43,162 nt of DNA from a virus (IMGVR_UViG_3300023095_000001:1-43162); one strand, 5' to 3'; numbered from the stretch's first letter, positions 25,634 through 34,327 are shown. Numbers and translations are program-made. The notes: a model not told the origin generated them from the sequence alone.

Positions 25634-25960
25634 TTAAGGTTTTTCATTGGTTTCTGATAGTGAGGCGAGAGCTTCTTTTGCAATGTCTTGGCATTCCTCA
25701 TATCCAGCATCAATGTGTTTTATTGAGGCTATCTTCTCCAAAGCCGTTTTCATTTCCTCAAATTGGGTTAAGCGGGTTTCAACTTCAGTCAAATAATGAT
25801 GAACTTTTGAGTTTGATTCCCTGCAAAGTAAATTTGTTCTTTCGATCATTTGGATAATTTCCGTAGTTTCCGGCATAGCCATTAATTCGACTAAATTCAC
25901 ATAGGGTGTTAAAATGTTTCTGAATCTTTCGATTGGATTTTCTTTCGTTGTATTCTCCAT
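25634..25960 (-). CDS. hypothetical protein
   Basis: 108 aa, helical. Confidence 0.7.
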   Translation of the reverse strand: MENTTKENPIERFRNILTPYVNLVELMAMPETTEIIQMIERTNLLCRESNSKVHHYLTEVETRLTQFEEMKTALEKIASIKHIDAGYEECQDIAKEALASLSETNEKP

Positions 25961-26003
25961 GATGTTATGATTTAAATTCTTGTTGGTTTAGGTTTCATTA
26001 ATA

Positions 26004-26249
26004 TTAAAAATCATTTCCGCTCCATGCGTAATCACTCCATTCATCCCCTAGGTTTTGAGATTGGGAAGGTTTATTAAAATCGTAGCTTTTATTATTTGTG
26101 CTGCCGTTTTTCTTTGTTACCTGATTTGTTGGTACTTCGGTAAATGTATTTTTTATAAATAATTTACCCGTTTCTTTCTCTTTTGAAACATCAAAAACCT
26201 GTTTCCCTTTAATGTGTACTAATCCGCTTTTTACTCTATTATTTGCCAT
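26004..26249 (-). CDS. hypothetical protein
   Basis: 81 aa, ATG, co-oriented. Confidence 0.65.
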   Translation of the reverse strand: MANNRVKSGLVHIKGKQVFDVSKEKETGKLFIKNTFTEVPTNQVTKKNGSTNNKSYDFNKPSQSQNLGDEWSDYAWSGNDF

Positions 26250-26260
26250 AATCTTATTTT

Positions 26261-26743
26261 TTATTTGTTAACTGTGTGGTTGGAGGTTAGAACTGCCCAA
26301 CCTCTTGAAATTAGTTCTTCTGTTGATAGTCCGTTGAATGGCAGTAAATAGCCTTTTGAGCGTAGGAAGTCGTAAGCGTAACAATTAAACCCAGTCGTTC
26401 TGTTATCATCCCATGACTCGCCATTGTCCCATTCAACCAATCCCGTTTCAAAATCTATAATTATAGAAGGAATCGCCCTGTATGACTTAACATCTTTTTC
26501 AAATATTGTCAAGTCTGTTTCTGTTCTCGAAAGCGTTTCATAATTATTGTATTTTAGAAAAACACATAATTCAATAGCATCTTCATCAGATATATCAGAA
26601 AGTGGTTTTAAAAGCATATATACTTTATCGAATTCTTCTGGACGCCAATTATTATACGTGTCATCGTCTCCTTTTGCAACAAATACTTTTTGCCACCAAT
26701 ACTGCGCAAAAAACTTTGCTTTATTCTGTAAATTATTTTCCAT
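26261..26743 (-). CDS. conserved Bacteroidota phage protein
   Basis: KAKFFAQYW.QKV, LKPLSDISDEDA, DFLRSKGY.LPF. Confidence 0.75.
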   Translation of the reverse strand: MENNLQNKAKFFAQYWWQKVFVAKGDDDTYNNWRPEEFDKVYMLLKPLSDISDEDAIELCVFLKYNNYETLSRTETDLTIFEKDVKSYRAIPSIIIDFETGLVEWDNGESWDDNRTTGFNCYAYDFLRSKGYLLPFNGLSTEELISRGWAVLTSNHTVNK

Positions 26744-26748
26744 ATCCC

Positions 26749-26988
26749 CTATAATTTTTGTGATGCCAAAGCATCGGTTAAAAGGAATTCTATTCTAGCC
26801 TCTGCTTCTTGCAAAGTGTCGTACCTCTCAATATCATCAAACAGGCTTTCTGCAACGCAATAAATCTCAAAACTGTACATTGTGGCTTTGCACGGATGTA
26901 ATAATGATATTTCTCCTTTTTCGTTTTTGTATCTGACAGAATCAGACAACACCCCTTCAATTCCTGTTTTTAATGTGGTAATTTCCAT
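26749..26988 (-). CDS. hypothetical protein
   Basis: 79 aa; FEIYC...LFDDIERY.T..EAE. Confidence 0.7.
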   Translation of the reverse strand: MEITTLKTGIEGVLSDSVRYKNEKGEISLLHPCKATMYSFEIYCVAESLFDDIERYDTLQEAEARIEFLLTDALASQKL

Positions 26989-26994
26989 ATCCCT

Positions 26995-27210
26995 TTATTT
27001 AAGTTGTTTATCCCGGAGTTCTCGGAATTTTTTAATTACGTTTGATAAATCTAACCCTATTGAGGTCGCTATTTGAAAGGCGGTTTTAAACTTCATTTCA
27101 GATCCATTGTGCCAATCATAGAAGTTTTGCAATGGAATATCTGATTTTATAGACAATTCTCTTTTACTGTGCTTTTCTTCGAATATTTTAAGTAGGTCTT
27201 GTGTTGTCAT
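26995..27210 (-). CDS. Cro/XRE-like HTH regulator
   Basis: SKRELSIKSDIPLQNFYDWHNG...TAFQIA. Confidence 0.7.
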   Translation of the reverse strand: MTTQDLLKIFEEKHSKRELSIKSDIPLQNFYDWHNGSEMKFKTAFQIATSIGLDLSNVIKKFRELRDKQLK

Positions 27211-27393
27211 TTAATATATTTTAAAGTTCTCATAAATCAAATCTTCTTTCATTTCTTCAGTATTAGATAATCCTAATTCTTTTGCTATTTCGTAAATATC
27301 AGCAGCGCGATCGAAAGTAGTTTCTTTTTGGTCGAACTCGTTTCTTAATATTTTAGAAAGAGTTTCTTTTTGAGTTATAGATAATTGGCTCAT
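27211..27393 (-). CDS. hypothetical protein
   Basis: 60 aa, packed in operon. Confidence 0.65.
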   Translation of the reverse strand: MSQLSITQKETLSKILRNEFDQKETTFDRAADIYEIAKELGLSNTEEMKEDLIYENFKIY

Positions 27394-27395
27394 AA

Positions 27396-27668
27396 TTAAT
27401 CGTTATTGAATGTTTTCCCGTCATACCAAAGTTCAGCACCTGCATTGTGATTTACTCTAACTGAAGTTTTAATGTTTGAAAAAACTAATTCATTAAAGTA
27501 AACAGTTTCATAACCCAATCCGGCAGACTTTACCATTTTGTTTGATTTTACAATCGTAGCTTTTAAACCTTGTTTTATTGATTTCCAAGCCATTTTCAAC
27601 GCTTTAGAAAAAGTTACATTTTCCATTCTGAATATTGACCAAGCTGATTTAAAAAGTAGTGATTTCAT
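27396..27668 (-). CDS. early phage protein (AW...FSKALKMAW family)
   Basis: First gene after the terminator/promoter; recognisable N-terminal motif. Confidence 0.75.
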   Translation of the reverse strand: MKSLLFKSAWSIFRMENVTFSKALKMAWKSIKQGLKATIVKSNKMVKSAGLGYETVYFNELVFSNIKTSVRVNHNAGAELWYDGKTFNND

Positions 27669-27696
27669 AATATTTATTTGTTACATTTTGATAGAG

Positions 27697-27727
27697 CAAA
27701 TTACGGGAATTCTTAATTAACCCGCAA
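27697..27727 (-). promoter_or_regulatory. probable early promoter with an overlapping inverted repeat (possible operator)
   Basis: TTG-N20-GTAATTTG (variant -7 box); CGGG...CCCG repeat at 27704-27724. Confidence 0.45.
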
Positions 27728-27778
27728 GCAAAAAGTAATTTATTTTCGTCTTTTCCGTAAACTTTAACACATTCAAAC

Positions 27779-27806
27779 AAAAAAACGCCCCAATTAAGGA
27801 GCGTTT
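27779..27806 (-). terminator. intrinsic terminator ending the lysis/late region
   Basis: AAACGCTCC-loop-GGGGCGTTT followed by a T run. Confidence 0.8.
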
Positions 27807-27829
27807 GTAAGAATAGTAGTGTGATTGTT

Positions 27830-28204
27830 TTACCACCTGGCTTTTGAATTCCTGATGTCATAATGAATGAAGTTAGGATAAATGCCCACACCGCCTTGTT
27901 TCATTTTTTTAGTAGCGATTAAGGTTTCAATAGTTGCCGCCAAAACTTTAGGAGAAATATCTTTCGCATTAATATCAGCAGCCGAGCAAGTCAAGTGTTG
28001 ACTGTTTTTTGCGCCGCCAACTTTTTTATTGTGCGCCGGAGTTCTGTAACCCGATCCTGTAATTGAAACTGGAACGCCTAAATAATCCCGAAGCACTTGC
28101 AAGTTGTTTGCGACTTCCTGAGCGTTTTTAATGTACTTTTCCGGCACTTTCGTCCCATCCTTACAATCGAACTCGGCTAAGCTAAAGTTTTTTGTTAATT
28201 TCAT
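27830..28204 (-). CDS. endolysin, peptidase M15A (Zn D-Ala-D-Ala carboxypeptidase-like)
   Basis: LTKNFSLAEF.C, SGYRT..HN..VGGA..SQH...AAD, FIHYDIR. Confidence 0.9.
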   Translation of the reverse strand: MKLTKNFSLAEFDCKDGTKVPEKYIKNAQEVANNLQVLRDYLGVPVSITGSGYRTPAHNKKVGGAKNSQHLTCSAADINAKDISPKVLAATIETLIATKKMKQGGVGIYPNFIHYDIRNSKARW

Positions 28205-28326
28205 CTGTACTTCCTTTTCCTAATAAAATCCTGAATTACCCCAACGGCTATAAATAAAAAAACTCCGAAGCCGATTAATGCAAATATACAAATTGGGATG
28301 AAATATGATAGTGTGATTTGGATCAT
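28201..28326 (-). CDS. 41-aa single-TM protein in the lysis cassette (not in ORF track)
   Basis: MIQITLSYFIPICIFALIGFGVFLFIAVGVIQDFIRKRKYR; overlaps the stop/start of both neighbours. Confidence 0.6.
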   Translation of the reverse strand: MIQITLSYFIPICIFALIGFGVFLFIAVGVIQDFIRKRKYR

Positions 28327-28541
28327 TTAAGAGCCTCTTTTAATTCTTTGGTATAAATGTACGCTTGCTGTTCGGATTTGCTAAATTCGTTCTTATAACA
28401 GTTGTATTCTATGCGGTATTTGTCTAACGGATCGACTACGGAAACATAAGGCTCTGGTTTAGGTTTTGCCCGGTGCGGCATTTCGCTGGTGCAAAGGACC
28501 AAAACCAACCCCATTAATAATATTTCGTATAGTTTCATCAT
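28323..28541 (-). CDS. putative lipoprotein / o-spanin-like
   Basis: Hydrophobic N-terminus ending LVLC, then a Pro-rich linker. Confidence 0.5.
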   Translation of the reverse strand: MMKLYEILLMGLVLVLCTSEMPHRAKPKPEPYVSVVDPLDKYRIEYNCYKNEFSKSEQQAYIYTKELKEALK

Positions 28542-28855
28542 TTAATTTTTAGTTTCGTCTTAATGGTTTTCACATCGAGTTTAATGCTATCCATTTTCGG
28601 AGTTCCTATCTTGTAAAACTGGCTGTTCTCAATCAGCAAAGATTTGTTTTCCCTACGAAGGTCTTTATTGTCTGAGCGAACTTCGTTATACAATATGAAT
28701 AAACTGTTGTATCTTTTATCTGCAAGTTCCTGAATCTTAGTGGCCGACCTGTCATTTGCCCACCCAAAATATAACACCATTCCAACAACCAGAATTGTAA
28801 ACTTTTTCCGATCACTGAAATTTGCGAAATTAAATAAATCGGAAACGTTAGGCAT
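28538..28855 (-). CDS. TM plus coiled-coil protein (i-spanin- or holin-like)
   Basis: FTILVVGMVLYFGW followed by a coiled coil; in the lysis cassette. Confidence 0.55.
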   Translation of the reverse strand: MPNVSDLFNFANFSDRKKFTILVVGMVLYFGWANDRSATKIQELADKRYNSLFILYNEVRSDNKDLRRENKSLLIENSQFYKIGTPKMDSIKLDVKTIKTKLKIK

Positions 28856-28925
28856 TTAGTTTACTTCGATGTTGTTGATTTGGGATTGTTCGGTTGGCGT
28901 TGGCAACCATTGATCGTGTGTAATA

Positions 28926-29162
28926 CTATCGCTCATGTTCTTTGTTTTCAATTTCTGCTTTAGTTTCAGCATTTTCTCCAACGCCCGTAACTACTTTGTC
29001 TTTTGCTAATAATCCGATACCAATAGTACCGAAAAAAGTAGCTGCCAATCCAACTATTTTAAGCCAGTTAGGAACTACTTCTAATTCTAATTGTTGAATC
29101 GCTGTTGGCACTAATCCAAGTGCGGTAACGATTGATGCTAGGGTCGTACGCCAATTTTTCAT
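28926..29162 (-). CDS. holin
   Basis: MKNWRTTL, two TM helices, GLLAKD, charged tail. Confidence 0.7.
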   Translation of the reverse strand: MKNWRTTLASIVTALGLVPTAIQQLELEVVPNWLKIVGLAATFFGTIGIGLLAKDKVVTGVGENAETKAEIENKEHER

Positions 29163-29584
29163 TTCTTATATTTTTTAATTAACCAATACACAAATTGCAC
29201 AATCGGCAAAATGCAAATCACTAAGCAAATATAGAAAAGTATTTCCGATTCTGGAATAAACGCCCATAGGATAAATGCGATCGGTGCGCCAACTGTTGAC
29301 CAAAACACATCGCCCCATTGCTGTATTGCGTTAAAAACGACTTTCTGCATCCATTCGTACAGAAACGCTAAGCAGAATATAGCAAAGGCGTAAATGAAGT
29401 ATTTGATCCAATCGAGTTGATATAATGTTGTTGGCAAGTCATTCCAAACCAACTTCGGTTCTTTATGCGGCGTTGCGCCCCAATATATAAAGTCGTAAAT
29501 AAAAGCCGTTCCGACTATTAGATGCAACATTCCTTTTGATTGCCAGAATGTTTTTAGGATGTTTGATAGGAGTTGCTTCATCAC
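29159..29584 (-). CDS. multi-pass membrane protein (VanZ-like features)
   Basis: About 4 TM segments; LH..VG, YEW.Q, WGDV...VG. Confidence 0.6.
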   Translation of the reverse strand: MMKQLLSNILKTFWQSKGMLHLIVGTAFIYDFIYWGATPHKEPKLVWNDLPTTLYQLDWIKYFIYAFAIFCLAFLYEWMQKVVFNAIQQWGDVFWSTVGAPIAFILWAFIPESEILFYICLVICILPIVQFVYWLIKKYKK

Positions 29585-29781
29585 GATTTGTTTTCAATTG
29601 GCTTATTGAATTCAAAGTCTAATCCGGTCAAATTCAATAAAGCGTTATCAATGCAATCGCCTCTATTTTTAAATCCTTCCGAACTTGCGCCAATGATTTT
29701 ACCGTTATGCGCTGATTTCAATTGCCAACGCCATTGACCTCGCCAATTCTTTTTTAGTTTGAATATTGCTGGTTTTGCCAT
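29581..29781 (-). CDS. DUF1508/YegP-like protein
   Basis: WRWQLKSAHNGKIIGASSEGFKNR.DC. Confidence 0.8.
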   Translation of the reverse strand: MAKPAIFKLKKNWRGQWRWQLKSAHNGKIIGASSEGFKNRGDCIDNALLNLTGLDFEFNKPIENKS

Positions 29782-29836
29782 AAGTAAAGTGTTTAGATTG
29801 TAAATGTAATAAAAAAATCCTTACTCGGTTAAAAAC

Positions 29837-29864
29837 AAAAAACCTCACTTTTTACAGCGAGGTT
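29837..29864 (-). terminator. intrinsic terminator
   Basis: AACCTCGC/GTGAGGTT followed by a T run. Confidence 0.7.
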
Positions 29865-29912
29865 AAAAATATTTATTATGAAAGTGTAAATGTAGGGAAA
29901 ATTATTTTAGGT

Positions 29913-30566
29913 TTAAAATAAAGTTGTTTGCTCTTCAGGTTTTGTCCATTGTTGCGCCATCGCATCTGCAATTCCCTGAAATGTTTTGCTTCTTAAAGTT
30001 CTTCTTTGTTCCGGCGTTTTAGCATCTTTTAAAGCTTGGTAATACCACATTGGCATTCTTTTTTTTGCGCCTTTCGCACTTGTGAATTCAAAAAATTCGC
30101 CCTTTTCTACAATCTTTGTATGTTGTAGTTTAGGCAATCCTTTTAACCATAAACACGTGCTTTTTTGCGCCTTATCTCCAAATTGCCAAGGCTGAACAAT
30201 TTGATCAGGCTTTCTATATTTACCGCTCATTATTCCGATTGGGTTTTCAATGCATATTTTAGGAATCTCACTATTTACTAATTGCATAAAAAAGTCAATG
30301 CTTTTACCTTGGCTTCCGTCTGCTATTTTCCTTTCGAAATGCCTTGCGCCCGAAACTGCCAAATCGGTACATGGCGGGAAAAATATCCCAACATCCCATT
30401 TTTCAGAATTTATAACTTCAAAAATGTCTTTCTTAAAATGCCATTCCGGATGCCCGCCGGAACACGGTAATAAATCGCAGCTATACGCTTCGTGTCCTAA
30501 CGCTCTAAACGCTTTTGTAACCGCCTGGCTTTCTTCGCAGCCAACTAATATTTTAAGTTGTTTCAT
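29913..30566 (-). CDS. phage DNA cytosine-C5 methyltransferase-like protein
   Basis: ILVGCEESQ (atypical motif I), catalytic PPCT, ENP, QPWQFG...K.TCLW, RSKTF.GIA.AMA.QW. Confidence 0.75.
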   Translation of the reverse strand: MKQLKILVGCEESQAVTKAFRALGHEAYSCDLLPCSGGHPEWHFKKDIFEVINSEKWDVGIFFPPCTDLAVSGARHFERKIADGSQGKSIDFFMQLVNSEIPKICIENPIGIMSGKYRKPDQIVQPWQFGDKAQKSTCLWLKGLPKLQHTKIVEKGEFFEFTSAKGAKKRMPMWYYQALKDAKTPEQRRTLRSKTFQGIADAMAQQWTKPEEQTTLF

Positions 30567-30985
30567 AATTTTTTTAAATTATCCGTGACTGCTAAGCCTT
30601 TTTCGATTAAGCCGAAACGCCAATCGAAGTGATTGCCATCTAATAAAACACAAAGTTTATCGTATAGTAGCAGGTTAATTGAGTAATATGTTTTTTCCTG
30701 AATAGCTTTAATGAAGTATTCACAGGTGTTAGAATTTAAAATATCACACAAGGAAAGCATTAAATTATAGTTTTCAGAATCTTCTTTTAATAAATCTGAA
30801 ATTGGTCGAAGTAAAGGTTTGAATACCGTAATATCCAAGGCGTCAATATTTGTGCTTACCTCTGAGTATTTTTCATTCCAAGAAATTCCATTCACAATTT
30901 CTATTCCTTGGTTTTCTTCTGTGCAAATCCCGGTTAATCTGTAAGGCAAATAAGGGACTAAATGTTTTAATTCTAATTTTTCCAT
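30563..30985 (-). CDS. conserved Bacteroidota phage protein (start MEKLELKH at 30985)
   Basis: LKHL.PYLPY, KPLLRPISDL, HFD..GLIEKGLA; the longer ORF call runs through the leader RNA. Confidence 0.75.
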   Translation of the reverse strand: MEKLELKHLVPYLPYRLTGICTEENQGIEIVNGISWNEKYSEVSTNIDALDITVFKPLLRPISDLLKEDSENYNLMLSLCDILNSNTCEYFIKAIQEKTYYSINLLLYDKLCVLLDGNHFDWRFGLIEKGLAVTDNLKKL

Positions 30986-30991
30986 AATATA

Positions 30992-31099
30992 AATAAATAG
31001 AAAATGCCCAAACTCGCTACAAGAATGGGCATTTATCCAATTAAGTTGTTTCCTTAATTTTAACTGAAGTGGTAGCGACAAATCAGTTCAGCAAACATA
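30992..31099 (-). promoter_or_regulatory. leader B: promoter, hairpins and terminator with complementary loops (UCGCUAC/GUAGCGA)
   Basis: TATGTTTG at 31092-31099; hairpin 31062-31088; middle hairpin 31039-31059; terminator stem 31002-31034. Confidence 0.75.
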
Positions 31100-31103
31100 C
31101 AAC

Positions 31104-32882
31104 TTATTTCGGAATCTCAACCAACAAACTATTACTTTTTTCAGTTCTCCAACCATCAGAATTTTTGCCTTTCACAACGTATATCACGCTGCCTTTGAGT
31201 TTATCTGCCGCATTGAATGTTATTGTTATGAACGTGTTTGCGGTCTTTGTAAGATAATTTTCACACGCTGCCCCCGCCTTTTCTGAATTATCACACGTCG
31301 GGTTTCTGTAAAGTGAATATTCGGTAACGGGGAAATTAACCGGAATACTCCATTGCAATTTTACAGATGTTTTGGTAAGTGATCCGGGAACAATTGACAA
31401 AATCGGCGCATTGCTTACTTTTGGAACGGGCGGCACGAATGTAACTTTTACTTTTTGCTGCGCTCGACCACCTTTGCCGTCCGTTACTGTAAGCATAAAA
31501 TTACAAGTCCGTGAAATTGTTGGATAAACGTTCCATTTGTCACGCAAATAAAAGTTCCGGTAGTTCAGTTTTGAAGGCAACACGCTTGCGAACATTGATC
31601 CCGAAAAGTTAGTGGATTTCGGTATTGTATTGGCTATTACCGTCGGGTCGATTTCATCCCATTGGTAATACAATTCGTCACTGTCCGCATCAGTTGCGAC
31701 TGCCGACAATGAAAAAGGCGTATCGAATTCAACAACCCTATCAATAGAATTTATAATAATTGGATTTCTATTCCCTGTGTTTATGCTGCCTAAAGAGGTT
31801 TTCAATCCTAACGTTTGATTGATCTGGTCAATCGATCGACCGTGAAAAAACGGATAAGAATGCGCCTGTAAATTATAATTTGCTCCGGCAATTCCTGCGT
31901 AAGCCATAGCTGTGCATCCGCTACCAGATTCCATATTTGCCACGCCAACACCTTTGTAGCTGAAAGTATGGGTTGCGCCCAATTGATGTCCGATTTCATG
32001 AACAACCACATCGGTAAAGAAATAAGGATCATTCATATCTGGCGTTGCTGAATAAGCGGAACCCTTCAAAGTTGGATTTGTAACTGTTCCTATGCCGCCA
32101 GCATTTCCGCCAACCCCAATAGTTAAAACGTGTCCGAGGTCATAGTTCGCAGAACCGATTACTTTATCAATATTCGCCTGGTTTTCTTTTATCCAGTTTG
32201 TTTGGTTCGTGTAAGGATCAGAAGCGGTCAAATAAAGCAGCTTTTCATTCCCTACTACCAATTGACCAATTACACCGTTATCGGATCTTAATTGCTTGTT
32301 TATGGCGGTCATTAACGTATTCAAATACGCAAGTCCTTTCGCCTGTGTTAAGCCGATTTGCTTCATGCCCTCAAAATTGATAGCGATTGCCATTCGGATA
32401 ACAGTTAAATCACCTCGAACAACCGCAACCTTTTGATTTGCTTTAGCTCTATCCGTAAAATCAGATATAACTTGCCTTTCGTCAACATCGCATGAAAACT
32501 GCCTTTTGCTTTCTACCCGCCCGATTTTATATCCGCTGCCTGTTGGCTGTACAAACGTTTGCAGGGAATCCGTAATTGTCGCCTCAACACCTTCTTTTGA
32601 AACGGCTATTGAAATGCTGCGCCCGTCTTTATCAAAACCGTGAAAACTCCGAAGTCCGTATTTCTGTGCTATTTTTGAATCAGTAAAATTAAAATCTTCA
32701 ATAAGTGCGTACTGCGATAAATTTCCAGCGGAATCAGGGACGGTTACTTTTTTAGCGTTCAGTTGTTTTGTGAGCTTTTGTACATCAAGTCCGTAAAGCG
32801 GTTCGCCTGTTTTGGATTGTTGCTTTGTCCATTGTCCGAAAGTTAGGATTGGGAAAAGTAGGAGTAGGAGTAATTTTTTCAT
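31104..32882 (-). CDS. exported reprolysin-like (M12B) zinc metallopeptidase with Ig-like and FN3-like domains
   Basis: Signal peptide, propeptide Cys (FSCD), IGSANYDLGHV, HEIGHQLGATH, ESGSGCTAMAYAG Met-turn. Confidence 0.9.
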   Translation of the reverse strand: MKKLLLLLLFPILTFGQWTKQQSKTGEPLYGLDVQKLTKQLNAKKVTVPDSAGNLSQYALIEDFNFTDSKIAQKYGLRSFHGFDKDGRSISIAVSKEGVEATITDSLQTFVQPTGSGYKIGRVESKRQFSCDVDERQVISDFTDRAKANQKVAVVRGDLTVIRMAIAINFEGMKQIGLTQAKGLAYLNTLMTAINKQLRSDNGVIGQLVVGNEKLLYLTASDPYTNQTNWIKENQANIDKVIGSANYDLGHVLTIGVGGNAGGIGTVTNPTLKGSAYSATPDMNDPYFFTDVVVHEIGHQLGATHTFSYKGVGVANMESGSGCTAMAYAGIAGANYNLQAHSYPFFHGRSIDQINQTLGLKTSLGSINTGNRNPIIINSIDRVVEFDTPFSLSAVATDADSDELYYQWDEIDPTVIANTIPKSTNFSGSMFASVLPSKLNYRNFYLRDKWNVYPTISRTCNFMLTVTDGKGGRAQQKVKVTFVPPVPKVSNAPILSIVPGSLTKTSVKLQWSIPVNFPVTEYSLYRNPTCDNSEKAGAACENYLTKTANTFITITFNAADKLKGSVIYVVKGKNSDGWRTEKSNSLLVEIPK

Positions 32883-33910
32883 AATAATTGTAATTGTTTG
32901 TTGTTGGTTTGTAATATTTCGTCAATTCTTTTTTTTCCTAAATCAAAATATTCCTGATCCATTTCACATGAAATCCCTTCCAATTGTAAATTCGGATATG
33001 TTTTTTGTAGATTAACAACAGCCTCCATCGTTGAAAAAGAACCGCCAAAAAAATCAGCTATAACAACCCCTCCTGTTTTTGGCAAAACCAATTGAATAAG
33101 GCGTTCAAGTAAACGAACAGGCTTTTGAGTAGGATGAATAGATGTATAATGGTCCCTAGATTGAGGTATTATGCTTTTTTCGGTCATTCCCTCGTCAACA
33201 ATTTTTAAAGTCGCTACCTTTCGCTCTTCATTAATAAGATTGCTTGGTTGTACTGTTGAATTAAACTTAGCCTTTCTTTCTGATCCTGAAATAATACTTT
33301 TTTCCGTATATCCTTGACAAATCGAAGCTATAGTATTCATATTCCTATCTCTATCTTTTGTGTGTCCTTCAACTTGAACACCGTGCCTTGTTGTATGTTT
33401 TTCTGTAAAACCAAAGTTTTTATTTTCAAGATAATCCAATATAGCATCCAGAGACTTGGTGTTTTTGAAAACAGATTTTAATCTGTTTACATCTTTAATT
33501 ATTGATTCTAAATCGTGTCCTTTCATTTCTAAATAAGGAACTTTATTTTTTTTAATTATTCCTTTGCCTTTTGTGAAAATAGATATAGTTTCGTGGACTC
33601 TATTTAAGTTCATAAGGGGCGAAGAAATCATTCTTTTATCCCAGATAATTTCTTCTTTGAAAGTAAATCCAAGATTTTCTAATATTACATTCCATCTATA
33701 AAATGAAGTTCCTCGGCCAAACAGGATAATAAAACCGTCTTTTTTTAAAACACGTTTACAATTTTCAAAAAACAATTGTTCGTCAAAGTCAACTTCAAGT
33801 TTTTGATTTTTCAAATATTTGTATGGAGGATCTATACAAACTATATCTAAAGATTCATTTAAAATATCGGGAAATAAGTCTTCGTTTTTGCAGTGATGTA
33901 ATTTTATCAT
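32879..33910 (-). CDS. beta-class N6-adenine/N4-cytosine DNA methyltransferase
   Basis: DPPY, IIWDK, HPTQKPV.L, DFFGGSFST. Confidence 0.92.
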   Translation of the reverse strand: MIKLHHCKNEDLFPDILNESLDIVCIDPPYKYLKNQKLEVDFDEQLFFENCKRVLKKDGFIILFGRGTSFYRWNVILENLGFTFKEEIIWDKRMISSPLMNLNRVHETISIFTKGKGIIKKNKVPYLEMKGHDLESIIKDVNRLKSVFKNTKSLDAILDYLENKNFGFTEKHTTRHGVQVEGHTKDRDRNMNTIASICQGYTEKSIISGSERKAKFNSTVQPSNLINEERKVATLKIVDEGMTEKSIIPQSRDHYTSIHPTQKPVRLLERLIQLVLPKTGGVVIADFFGGSFSTMEAVVNLQKTYPNLQLEGISCEMDQEYFDLGKKRIDEILQTNNKQLQLL

Positions 33911-33928
33911 AAGTATTTAATTAATAAT

Positions 33929-33968
33929 CAAATGTAAATAAAAAATCCCGACTGTTAGGACGGGATTT
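33929..33968 (-). terminator. terminator (33940-33968) fused to -7 box TACATTTG (33929-33936)
   Basis: AAATCCCG/CGGGATTT stem with T run, then TAnnTTTG. Confidence 0.75.
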
Positions 33969-33980
33969 GATTAGAAGTAG

Positions 33981-34307
33981 TTATGAAAGAATATAGAACA
34001 TTAAAAAACCCAATCCCCACACGATTAAATAATGCATCAACCCTTCAAAAACAGATATAAAACCATTTTTAATAGCTTGTTCAGTAGTTGTTTTTTCTTT
34101 TTCGTCTGACTCTTTTTCACTTGGTTTGTATTTTAAGATTCCGAACAAAATTAATATTCCATAGACCTGAACGAAAGAGAACGTTTTAACAAATTCAATT
34201 CCGTAAAGATTTGCAATAGATATTATCACTTTAACTCCCAACAAAGAAGTTAACGAAGCACAAACAATCATAATTAAAAACAGGGTTAGTTTGCCTAGAT
34301 TTTCCAT
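33981..34307 (-). CDS. 3-TM membrane protein (single-gene moron)
   Basis: Hydrophobic segments; has its own promoter/leader and a downstream terminator. Confidence 0.75.
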   Translation of the reverse strand: MENLGKLTLFLIMIVCASLTSLLGVKVIISIANLYGIEFVKTFSFVQVYGILILFGILKYKPSEKESDEKEKTTTEQAIKNGFISVFEGLMHYLIVWGLGFLMFYILS

Positions 34308-34327
34308 AATTAAAAAGTATTAAACCG

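Noticed and set aside
30986-31081. N-terminal 32-aa extension of ORF 30563..31081 (similarly 18593..18808 and the 40550 start) as leader peptides
   Set aside because: Non-ATG or poorly placed starts running through hairpins and terminators; better ATG starts with A/T-rich context lie downstream. Leader-peptide attenuation is not excluded but is unsupported
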